Shown: positions 37,415 to 47,204 of the stretch, one piece after another
Position numbering within the stretch: the stretch's first letter is position 1
Layout: each line of letters starts with the position of its first letter
NCBI RefSeq assembly: GCF_963921235.1
Contig: NC_086100.1
Location: forward strand, 202,246,001-202,310,000
Direction: 5' to 3'
Length of the DNA: 64,000 nt
Origin: Mobula hypostoma
Lineage: Eukaryota
Notes under the pieces: generated by a model
What the model was told of the DNA's origin: nothing
What the model saw: only the letters and a program-made list of their open reading frames with translations
Databases searched by the model: none
Made by a program: the position numbers and the translations under genes

Positions 37415-39040
37415 AGAGATTCCTACTGGTCAGCGGTGGCAGTGCAGAGTGATTCCTGATGGTCAGTAGTGACAGAGCAGTGGGATTCCTGCTGGTCAGT
37501 GGAATTGGTGCAGAGCGATTCCTGCTGGTGTGTAGTCAAGTTAAGTCAAGTTTATTGTCATTTCCACCATAAGCTGCTAGCACAGTACACAGTAGAAATG
37601 AAACAATGTTCCTCCAGGACCCTGGTGCTACATGAAACAACACAAAACTACACTAGACTATGTGAGACAGCACAAGGCTACACCAGACTACGTAAAACAA
37701 CATAAAAACTGCACTAGACTACAGACCTGCACAGGAGTGCACAAAACAGTGCAGGGCAGTACAATAATTAATAAACAAGACAATAGGCACAGTTGAGGAC
37801 AAGTTACAATATAATAATACATTATGTAGATGTCAGTCCAGGCTCTGGGTATTGAGGAATCTGATGGCTTGGGGGAAGAAACTGTTACATAGTCTGGTCG
37901 TGAGAGCCCGAATGCTTTGGTGCCTTTTGCCAGATGGCAGGAGGGAGAAGAGTTTGTATGAGGGGTGCATGGGGTCCTTCACGATGCTGTTTGCTTTACG
38001 GATGCAGCGTGTGGTGTAAATGTCTGTAATGATGGGAAGAGAGACTCCGATGATCTTCTCAGCTGACCTCACTATCCGCTGTAGGGTCTTGCGATCCGAG
38101 ATGGTGCAATTCCCAAACCAGGCAGTGATGCAGCTGCTCAGGATGCTCTCAATACAACCTCTGTACAATGTAGGCAGTGCAGTGGGATTCCTGCTGGTCA
38201 GTGAGGACAGTGCAGAGGATTCCTGCTGATCAGTGGGGCAGTGTAATGGGATTCCTGGTGGTTAGTGGAATTGGTACAGAGCGATTCCTGCTGGTCAGTG
38301 GGGACAGAGCAGTATGATTCCTGCTGGTCTGTGAGGACAGTGCCATGGGAATCCTGTTGGTCAGTGAGGTCAGTGGATAGAGATTCCTGCTGGTCAGTGG
38401 GGACAGTGCTGTGGGATTCCTGCTGGTCATGGGGGAAGTGCAGCAAAATTCCTGCTGGTCAGTGGGGCAGTGCAGTGGGATTCCAGCTGGTTAGTGCGGA
38501 CAGAGCAGTGTGATACCTGCTGGTCAGTGGGGACAGGAACAGAGGGATTCCTGCTGGTCGGTGGTGACAGTGCAGAGGGATTCCTGCTGGTCAATGGGGA
38601 CAGGAACAGTGGGATTCCTGCTGGTCAGCGGTGACAGTGCAGCAGGATTCCTGCTGGCCAGTGGGTCATTGGAAAGGAATTCCTGCTGGTCAGTGGGGAT
38701 AGTGTAATGGAATTCCTGGTAGTCAGTGGAACTGGTGCAGAGAGATTCCTGCTGGTTAGTAGGGATAATGCAGTGGGATTCCAGCTGGGCATTATATAGT
38801 GCAGTGGGATACCTGTTGGTCGGTGTGGACAGTGTAATGGGATTCCTGCTGGTCAGTAGTGACAGTGCAGTGCGATTTCAGCAGGTCAGTGGGATTGGTG
38901 CAGAGGATTCCTGCTGGTCGGTGGGTCAGTGCAGTGGGATTCCTGCTGGTTGGTGGGATTGATGCAGAGCAATATCTGCTGCTGAGCAGGGACAGTGCAA
39001 TGGGTTTTCTGCTGGTGAGTAGGGACAGTGCAGTGGGATT
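37415..39040. repeat. About 33-bp minisatellite (GGGATTCCTGCTGGTCAGTGGGGACAGTGCAGT), interrupted by a LINE
   Basis: gattcctgctggtc units at 37415-37530 and 38170-39040. Confidence 0.9.
37534..38170 (-). mobile_element. Rex1/L2-type LINE 3' end
   Basis: YRGCIESILSSCITAWFG...LFSLLPSGKR...NSFFPQAIR; tail gtcaagttaagtcaag. Confidence 0.85.
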
Positions 39041-39512
39041 TAGAAAAACATTGAAACATAGAAAACCTACAGCACAATACAGGCCCTTCGGCCCCCCAAA
39101 GCTGTGCCGAACATATACTTACTTTAGAAAATACCTAGAGATACCAATAACCCTCTATTTTTCTAAGCTCCATGTACCTGTCCAGGAGTCTCTTAAAAGA
39201 CCCTATTGTATCCACCTCTACCACTTTCGCCAGCAGCCCATTCCACGCAGTCACCACTCTCTGAGTAAAAAACTTACCCCTGACATCTCCTCTGTACCTA
39301 CTTCCAAGCACCTTAAAACTATGCCTGCTCATTTTAGCCATTTTAGGCCTGGGAAAAGGCCTCTGACTATCCACATGATCAATGGCTCTCATCATCTTAT
39401 ACACCTCTATCAGGTCACCTCTCATCCTCCGTCGCTCCAAGGAGAAAAGGCTGAGTTCACTCAACCAGTTTTCATAAGGCATGCTTCCCAATCCAGGCGA
39501 CATCCTTGTAAA

Positions 39513-39742
39513 CAACAGGAATTCTGCAGATGCTGGAAATTCAAGCAACACACATCAAAGTTGCTGGTGAACGCAGCAGGCCAGGCAGCATCTATAGGAA
39601 GAGGCGCAGTCGACGTTTCAGGCCGAGACCCTTCGTCAGGACGTCCTGACGAAGGGTCTCGGCCTGAAACGTCGACTGCGCCTCTTCCTATAGATGCTGC
39701 CTGGCCTGTTGCGTTCACCAGCAACTTTGATGTGTGTTGCCT
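39513..39742. mobile_element. Palindromic Penelope-like (pLTR-derived) insertion with 14-bp TSD
   Basis: GACATCCTTGTAAA at 39499-39512 and 39743-39756; inverted repeat 39541-39744 centred on 39642/39643. Confidence 0.8.
39643..39677 (+). ncRNA. Minimal type I hammerhead ribozyme motif (mirror copy on - strand at 39608-39642)
   Basis: GTC-CTGACGA-AGG(gtctcgg)CCT-GAAA-CGTC-GAC: CUGANGA core, 3-bp stem II, GAAA, palindromic ACGU stem III, GUC triplet, GTC/GAC stem I. Confidence 0.65.
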
Positions 39743-40664
39743 GACATCCTTGTAAATCTCCTCTGCACCCTTTCTATGGTTTCCACATCCTTCCTCTGGT
39801 GAGGGGACCAGAAATGAGCACAGTACTCCAAGTGGGGTCTGACCATGGTCCTATATAGTTGCAACATTACCTCTCGGCTCCTAAACTCAATCCCACTATT
39901 GATGAAAGCCAATGCACCGTATGCCTTCTTAACCACAGAGTCAACATGCGCAGCAGCTTTGAGTGTCCTATGGACTCAGACCCCAATATCCCTCTGATCC
40001 TCCACACTGTCAAGAGTCTTACCATTAATACTATATTCTGCCATCATATTTGACCTACCAAAATGAACCACTTCACACTTATCTGGGTTGAAATCCATCT
40101 GCCACTTCTCAGCCCAGTTTTGCATCCTACCAATGTCCCGCTGTAACCTCTGACAGCCCTCCACACTATCCACAACACCCCCAACCTTTGTGTCATCATC
40201 AAATTTACTAACCCATCCCTCCACTTCCTCATCCAGGTTATTTATAAAAATCACGAAGAGTAGGGGTCCTGGAACAGATCTCTGAGACACACCACTGGTA
40301 ACCGACCTCCATGCAGAATATGACCTGTCTACAACCACTCTTTGCCTTCTGTGGGCAAGCCAGTTCTGGATCCACAAAGCAATGTCCCCTTGGATCCCAT
40401 GCCTCCTTACTTTCTCAATAAGCCTTGCATGGGGTACCTTATCAAATGCCTTGCTGAAATCCATATACAGTACATCTACCACTCTTACCTTCATCAATGT
40501 GTTTAGTCACACCCTCAAAAAATTCAATCGGGCTCGTAAGGCACAACCTGCCTTTCACAAAGCCATGCTGACTATTCCTAATCATATCATGCCTCTCCAA
40601 ATGTTCATAAATCCTGCCTCTCAGGATCTTCTCCATCAACTTACCAACCACTGAAGTAAAGTAC

Positions 40665-42540
40665 TGAACTATTGCAGTGGAGTAAAGGGAATTACAAAGG
40701 CTTGAGAGAGGAACCGACCAAAATTAATTGGAAGGGTACACTAGCAGGGATGATGGTAAAGCAGTAATGGGAGTAATTTGGAAGATGGAGAATATATAGA
40801 TCCCAAATGGGGACGAATTATTTTAGAGGCAAGGTGACACAGCCACGGTCTACAAAGCCCACATAAAAGACAAACAGCGGGCATATAATAGAGCAAAAAT
40901 TAGTGGGAAGTTCAAGAATTGGGAAGTTTTGAAAACCAACAGAAGGCAACTAAAAAAAAATCATAAGGAAGGAAAAAGTGGAATATGAAAGCAAGCTAGC
41001 CAATAAATTTAAATAGAATGCAAAAAGTTTCTTCAGATATAAAGTGGAAAGGAGAGGCAAAAGCAGATATCAGACTGTTGGAAGACGATGCTGGAGAGGT
41101 AGTAATGGGGGACAATGAAATGGTGGACAAACTGAATAAGTATGTAACACCCTGATTAAGATTTTTACTGCAATGCTGAAGGTATTTCATTTCAGCAGTT
41201 CTGTAACAGCAGGTTTTTTTTTGCTTTCAACTTGTTTGAGTTTCAGCTAAGATTAGAGGCTTGTTATTCAGCTTGGGAATGTGCTGTCAGCCAATCAGGA
41301 CAGTGGAACTGGGAGAAGGTTCTGGAGATGGCTGGGTCTTTGATCTTTGTGGGTGGGAGCTAGAAGAAGACGGGGGAAAAGGTGGCTGAAGATGCCGTCC
41401 CTGTTGAACAAGATGCTTTGTACAGATAAATATCTTCAGGAAGGAAGAACCAATACTTCTGTGGGAGACCTGTTTGTTTAAGATGGATTTTGAGCAATGT
41501 TCGAAAGGATGCGGGGTCCAGTGCATGACTGGCAGACAAGTTCAAGATGAGCTCCATTTACTGCGCATTTGACTCTTTAAGAGGTATGGGCCCTTTTTGA
41601 TTTTAATACCACAGAAACAGAGAAAACCTACAGCACAATACAGCCACAATGCTGTGCCGAACATGTACTTACTTTAGAAATCACTCTTTTAAAAATTAAT
41701 CTTTAGAAATCAATCTCTTAAAAGATTCTATCATATTTAATAACTGCTTAAATTCACTTTCTTAAATCTACTTCCTTTTAATTGTATGCAGTGTACAATC
41801 TGTTATTTCTTGCTGGGGGTAGTAAATCACACACCTTTCACAGAAACGGGGGTTTAGGTGGGCGAGACATCCCAACCTCACGGGTTTGGTGGGACCAAAG
41901 ACATATAGACCCTCGACGTACGAAGCCTGAGAAAGATGGGTTTCTTGCCGCGGAGTCCAGTGGCTGTTTGTGAGAGGCTAACAAGATGGTTTTCCAGAGA
42001 CGCCGAGTAAAAAGGGGTTTCAAGTACTTTGCATCAGTCTTCATTGTGGAAGACATTCACAGTATGCCAGGCATTTGAGAATGTCAGAGGGCAGACGTGT
42101 GTGAAGTTACCATTACTAGGGGGAAGGTTCTTGGGAAACTGGAAGGTCTAAAGGTAGATAGGTGACCTGGACCAGATGGTGTACACCCCAGGGTTCTGAA
42201 AGAGGTGGCTGAAGAGATTGTGGAGGCATTATTAATGATCTTTCAAGAATCACTAGACTCTGGAATGGTTCCAGAAGAATGGAAAATTGCAAATTACAGG
42301 CCAGGTAGCCTGAGCTCAGTGGCTGGGAAGATGTTGGAGTTGTCTGTTAAAGATGTGATTCCGGGCTACTTGGAGGTACGTGATAAAATAGGCTGTATGT
42401 ATAGTCAGCATGGTTTCCTGAAAGGAAAATTGTCCCTGACAAATCTGTTGACAAATCAAGTTTGCAAAGATAGGTGGAGGGGCAGGTAGTGTTGAGGAAG
42501 TACAGAAAGACTGAGACAGATTAGCAGAATCTATCCACTC
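40665..42540 (+). mobile_element. Decayed CR1 ORF2 split by a solo LTR
   Basis: EDDAGEVVMGD..LNKY|FASVF..GPDGVHPRVLKEVAEEIV continuity across 41143-42022. Confidence 0.85.
41143..42022. mobile_element. Solo LTR (880 bp) with 4-bp TSD AGTA
   Basis: TGTAACACCC...GGGGTTTCA; AGTA at 41139-41142 and 42023-42026; CCAAT box at about 41291; small CR1 tail piece inside (about 41605-41680). Confidence 0.8.
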
Positions 42541-43099
42541 TCAGAGCCATGCTGTCTTTCTGTGGGGATACCCCAGCATGCCACAGACAGACTCCCAGGT
42601 TCTGATGATGGAGGTGGAATCCAGAGGGACCGAGACTCTTGGACTTTGACCCATCTGCTGCGGCCGAGGGCGCCTGTTTCGCCGGCTGCACACTAACTCG
42701 CACAAACCTGCCCATTCTCTCAGGGAGTGTAATGTGCTTAAAACAACACATGTCTCAGCTTCCTTCCTGTCAGCCGCTCGTAAAGCTCAGCCAGTCAACC
42801 GTTGTCATCCACCCTTCCCCAGCAACCACAGGCTCTGTCTGACACAGCAGCGCACTAAACCCAGAATTTGGCCCACGGCTGTGTGACCCATGAGGACCTC
42901 AGACAGCTGGCGAGCACCAGATAGCGTAAGCTTAATGTTGCAGAGAATCCACTTAAATGAGGATCACAGTGCCTGAGAAGATGGGGAAATGTGAGCTCTC
43001 CATCCCATTCCCATACAACCCTGCTAGCATCCACATTCCATGTGGGAATGGCAATAGATAAATCAGCCCTTTACCCCAGTCTCATGATTAGCTTAGGGT

Positions 43100-43775
43100 T
43101 AAATTGGGGTTGGCTCAAAGGGCCAGAAGGATCTATTCTGTGCAGTGTCGTTAAATAAATAAATGCATCACTCCCCTCTCACCAACTGCATGCCCTCTGC
43201 TGTTCCATTTCCCAAACCTGGGGAAAACATACTTTGTGATCTTCTGCACCTCCATGCGATCACCCCTCAGTTCCCGATGCTCTAAGGAATGAAGTCCCAA
43301 CCTATCCAAACTCTCTGTGAAACTCAATTCTGGTAACATCTTCATTAATCTCCTCCGCACACTCTCCAACTCAACGGCATCTTTCAGACAAAAGGGTGAC
43401 CAAAACGAAACATAATACGGGATCAAAGAGGAGGCAGCTGTCATTAAGGACCCCCATCCCCCAGGACAGGCTCTTTTCCCCGTGCTACTGGCAAGGAGGG
43501 TGTACAGGAGTCAGGAGACACAACGCAGTTTTTCAGCTTCTTCCCCACTGCTGTCCCATATCTGAATGGACAGTGAACCCGTGAACACAACATCACTATG
43601 TTTTTGTTCTTAATTTTCCCTCAATTGTTTAATTTATGTATCTACACACACGTATATAAAAGTACTAATTGTAATTTACAATTTTGATTGTTGTGTGTTG
43701 CTTTGTACTGCTGCCGCAAAATAAAAATTTCAGGATATATGTCAGTGATTTTAAACCTGGTTTTGATTCTGATAT
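43100..43775. mobile_element. Old CR1 3' fragment (-) and Rex/L2-type 3' end (+)
   Basis: FWSP...LESVRRR..RELRGD; then attaaggacccc...tgattctgat tail resembling 7360-7714. Confidence 0.7.
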
Positions 43776-44189
43776 GTGGCCTCAACAACATCTTGTTCTC
43801 AAGTGTTTGGAGTGTCAGCAAGCCAGCTGTAGAATTAACTCGTCTCCTGCGCCCTCCTGTCAGGATCCCTGATTCATCCAATTTTTGGGAGTGGAACTGA
43901 ACTCTTCACACAGCGAACGAGGGTCAGCACTGGGGGGGCGGGGGGCGGGGGGCAGTGGGAAGGCAGAGGAAAGGGGTCAGCCCTCTGTTTCACCTTAAGT
44001 GCCTGGCACTCAGGCGCTTGGGCTGGAGGGAGTTAGCCTTTGAGTAGACCTCCATTGATTCTGACACTGCGGTGCCCAGTAGGGGTGCCAGCATCACTGG
44101 TGAAACCTTTAACTGAGCACAGGTCACGGTGCTTTATGGAGAGCCCCACCACATAGGGAAACCTACAGAGCTGCCTCGTGTCCTGTGGG

Positions 44190-44412
44190 CAGCAGCCCAG
44201 GGGTTTCGCTGTAAGTTGTCCCCATTGCCAGCCCAGGGGTTTTCTCTGTAAACTGTCCCCATTGCCAGCCCAGGGGTTTTCTCTGTAAATTGGCCCCATT
44301 GCCAGCCCAGGGGTTTTCTCTGTAATTTGTCCCCATTGCCAGCCCAGGGGTTTTCTCTGTAAACTGTCCCCATTGCCAGCCCAGGGTTTCTCTGTAATTT
44401 GTCCCCATTGTT
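44190..44412. repeat. 37-38 bp minisatellite (CCCATTGCCAGCCCAGGGGTTTTCTCTGTAAACTGTC)
   Basis: About 6 tandem copies near the exon 3 donor. Confidence 0.9.
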
Positions 44413-44484
44413 AGCAGGACTGTAGGTGCTGAGAGAGTTTCCGGGTCACAGGCCGGTGTTAGCTGCACAGAGGTCAGTACTCAC

Positions 44485-44561
44485 TGGTTACGCGTGATAT
44501 CCAGGACCAGCTCCCTGCCATCGACAGACAATACCAGCACACCGGCATCAGGGCACCGCCC
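44485..44561 (-). CDS. ADAM33: ADAM33-like exon 3 (prodomain)
   Basis: taccag|...|gtgagt, 77 nt; GRCPDAGVLVLSVDGRELVLDITRN(Q), typical ADAM prodomain segment. Confidence 0.9.
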
Positions 44562-44774
44562 CTGGTATAGACAGACAGTCAGATCAGTACAGGGCTCAGT
44601 GTTCCCCTGTGAGGGGGAGGGAGAGAAAGTGAGAGAGAGAGTGGGAGGGAGAGGGAGAGGGACAGAGTCTGTATCTGTGAGTGTAAACACAAAATACTCT
44701 GCAGATGCTGGGGTCAAAGCAACACTCACAACACGCTGGAGGAACTCAGCAGGTCGGGCAGCATCCGTGGAATT

Positions 44775-44875
44775 TTGTGTGCGAGTGATAGTGTGTGTCG
44801 GTGTATGTGTGTGTGTGTGTGTGTGTGTCAGGGTGTGTGTGTCTATGTAAGTGATTGTGTGTGTCGGTGTGTGTC

Positions 44876-44917
<42 letters not shown>

Positions 44918-44945
44918 GGTGTCTTTGTGTGTATGTGTGTGAGTG
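44775..44945. repeat. (GT)n microsatellite
   Basis: gtgtgt runs in intron 2. Confidence 0.95.
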
Positions 44946-44959
44946 AGAGCTGGACTAAC

Positions 44960-45039
44960 CTGGCCCTCCACAGAGACCACGTGTCGGCTGTGTCCAGATC
45001 CCAGCCAGTACAGGACGGTCAGATCCTCACCGGGTAGCC
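44960..45039 (-). CDS. ADAM33: ADAM33-like exon 2 (prodomain start)
   Basis: ttcacag|...|gttagt, 80 nt; (G)LPGEDLTVLYWLGSGHSRHVVSVEGQ resembles human ADAM33 GHIPGQPVTPHWVLDGQPWRTVSLEEP (recalled). Confidence 0.8.
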
Positions 45040-45079
45040 CTGTGAACAGCAGCAAAAACTTTTCAGAGCATGTAGGCTG

Positions 45080-46705
45080 AATGAGGAAGGAGGAGGGGTA
45101 GGAGGGGGAAGAGGGGGAGGAAGAGGAGGAAGAGTGGATGAGGAGGAGGAAAAGGGGGAGGGGTAGGAGGAGAGAGGGAGGGAAGAAGTTGGGTTGAAAG
45201 ATCAGAGAGTGGGATCGGGAGTCAGAGGTCAGGGGTGTTTGGCATGGGATGAGGGGTCAGGAATGAAGGATGGAGTGAGGAATCAGCGTGAGGTTTCAGG
45301 GATGAGGGGCAGAAGTGAGGGATTGGGGGTGAAGGCCTGAGTGAGGGATCTGGAGTGAAGAATCGGGGTGAAGGATCAGAGGTGAGGGATCAGAGTGAAG
45401 GATCTGTGGTGAGGGATCGGGTGTGAGGGATCAGGGTGAGGGGTTAGGCCGAGGATTCTGAGTGAGGTATCAGGGGTGAGGGAACGGGGGACGGGGTCAG
45501 GGGTGATTGGCCTGGTATGAGAGGTCAGGGATGAATGATCAGGGATGAGGGGTCAGGGTGAGGGGCAGAAGTGAGGGATTGGGGGTGAAAGATCGGAGTG
45601 AGAGGTTGGGGTGAGGGTTCAGCGGTGAGAGATCAGGGCGAGGAGTTGGTGGGAGGAGTAGGGGGTCAGATGAGGGGTCATGGTGAGGTATTGGGAGAGA
45701 GAGGCCAGAGTGCAGGGTCAGGCTCAGGTGTCAGGGGTCAGGTATCGGGGTTGAAGGATCAGGGGTCAGGGTGTTTGGCCTAGGGCGAGATGTCAGGGAT
45801 GAAGAATGGAGTGAGGGATCGAGGATGAGGGGTCGGGGGAATGGGTCAGATTGAGGGATCGGAGTGAGGGATCAGATCGGGGCGAGGGGTCAGGGTGAGA
45901 GATCGGGGATTATGGGTTGGGTATGTTGGATTTGGGATGAGGGGTTGTGGGTGAAGAAGCGGAGTGTGGGGTTAGAGGTGAAGGGTCGGAGTGAGAGGTT
46001 GGTGGTGATCAGAACGAGGGATCGGGGTGAAGTGTTGGGGGTGAGGGTTTCGAAGTTGAGTGGTTAGGTATTGGGGACAATGGATCAGGGGTCAGGGATC
46101 AGGGATGATTGGCCGGGGATGAGGAGTCGCAGATGAAGGATAGAGTGAGGGATCGGGGTGAGGAACCTGAGTGAGAGGTCAGGGGTGAGGGTTTCGGGAG
46201 TGTATTGGGTTGAGCGATTGGGGGTCAGGGGTCTTGGTTGATTTGCTGAGAGCGAGAGGTCAGGAATGAAGGATGTAGTGAGGGATTGGAGGAGGGGCCA
46301 GAATGAGGGGTTGGATTGAGGGATCAGGGTGTTGGGTTGGGAGTGAGGGATTAGGTACGAAGGGTCGGGGGTGAGGGATCAGGAGGGATCGGGGGTGAAG
46401 GATTGGGGTCAGGGGCAGAGTGAGGGATCAGGGTGATGGATCATGAGTTAGGGGTGGAGAGAGGGATCGGGGTGAGGGGTGGAGTGAGGGATCCGGGTGA
46501 GGGGTGGAGTGAGGGATCGGGAATCCGGGGTCAGGAGTGTGGGATCGGGGTGATGGATCGTGAGTTAGGGGTGGAGAGAGGGATCGGGGTGAAGGGTGGA
46601 GTGAGGGATCGGGAATCCGGGGTCAGAGTGAGGGGTCAGGTTGAGGGATAGGGTGAGGATGGAGTGAGAGATCGGGAGAGAAGGGCGGAGTGAGGGATCG
46701 GAGGT
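45080..46705. repeat. G-rich degenerate repeat (GAGGGATCGGGGT-like) filling intron 1
   Basis: Dense GGG/GGGG runs with recurring gtgagggatc; internal duplication at about 46425-46625. Confidence 0.85.
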
Positions 46706-47200
46706 GGAGGGCCGCCCGGCCCCGCGTCGGCGTCCACTTACCACTTGCCGGCTGCCCGGTCGCCGCCGCCAGTCCAAGTCCGACAGTCAGGGTGATGAGG
46801 GCGGGGTTCAGCTGGGTGTCCGGCTGCATGCCGCCCGATCGCCGCCACTGCCCGCAGCCCAAGGCCAGGCCCAGCCCGGCCCGGTCCCGCCCCGCCCCGC
46901 CCCGCCCCTCTATTCCTCCCCTCCATCTCCCACCGTCCTGCCCAGAGCCCTGTCTCCCCGCCGCCCCCGCTACTCCAGCCTTCCGTCGTTCGGCGCGGAC
47001 GCAGCTCCTGCAAGGACTCCCCTCCCTCCCCTCCCACCATGTCTCCGTCCCCTCCATCTCTGCCCTCCGTTCCCGGATACCGATCTCTCCCCTTCCCTCC
47101 CCGGTCCCCAGTCCACACCACAGCCGGACCTGGCCTCCCCTCTCCCCATCCCCCCCATCTCTGGACACAACCCCACCCACTAACCAGATAATCAGCTCAG
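46700..47200 (-). promoter_or_regulatory. CpG-rich promoter/5'UTR region with stacked GC boxes
   Basis: High CpG density around exon 1; (CCCGC)n run at about 46886-46908 gives overlapping GGGCGG Sp/KLF sites upstream of the ATG. Confidence 0.65.
46742..46829 (-). CDS. ADAM33: ADAM33-like metalloprotease, coding exon 1 (signal peptide)
   Basis: ATG at 46829; MQPDTQLNPALITLTVGLGLAAATGQPAS(G) hydrophobic leader; 88 nt ending at strong donor G|GTAAGT; phase 1 fits exon 2; lies in CpG-rich DNA. Confidence 0.8.
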
Positions 47201-47204
47201 CTGG

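Larger units (their letters stand above)
39041..40660 (-). mobile_element. CR1 RT and 3' end
   Basis: (CATAGAAA) tail; DFSKAFDKVPH, KFDDDTK, VRPHLEYC, RRRMRGDLIEVYK. Confidence 0.92.

Noticed and set aside
39135..39724. Mirror ORFs LVNAAGQAASIGRGAVDVSGRDPSSGRPDEG on both strands
   Set aside because: A consequence of the DNA palindrome, not a protein.
44471..44486. Exon 3 donor (AGTGAGTACTGACC) resembles the satellite unit (AGTGAGGTACTGACC)
   Set aside because: Only about 14 nt with an indel and opposite orientation relative to the gene; cannot be distinguished from chance.
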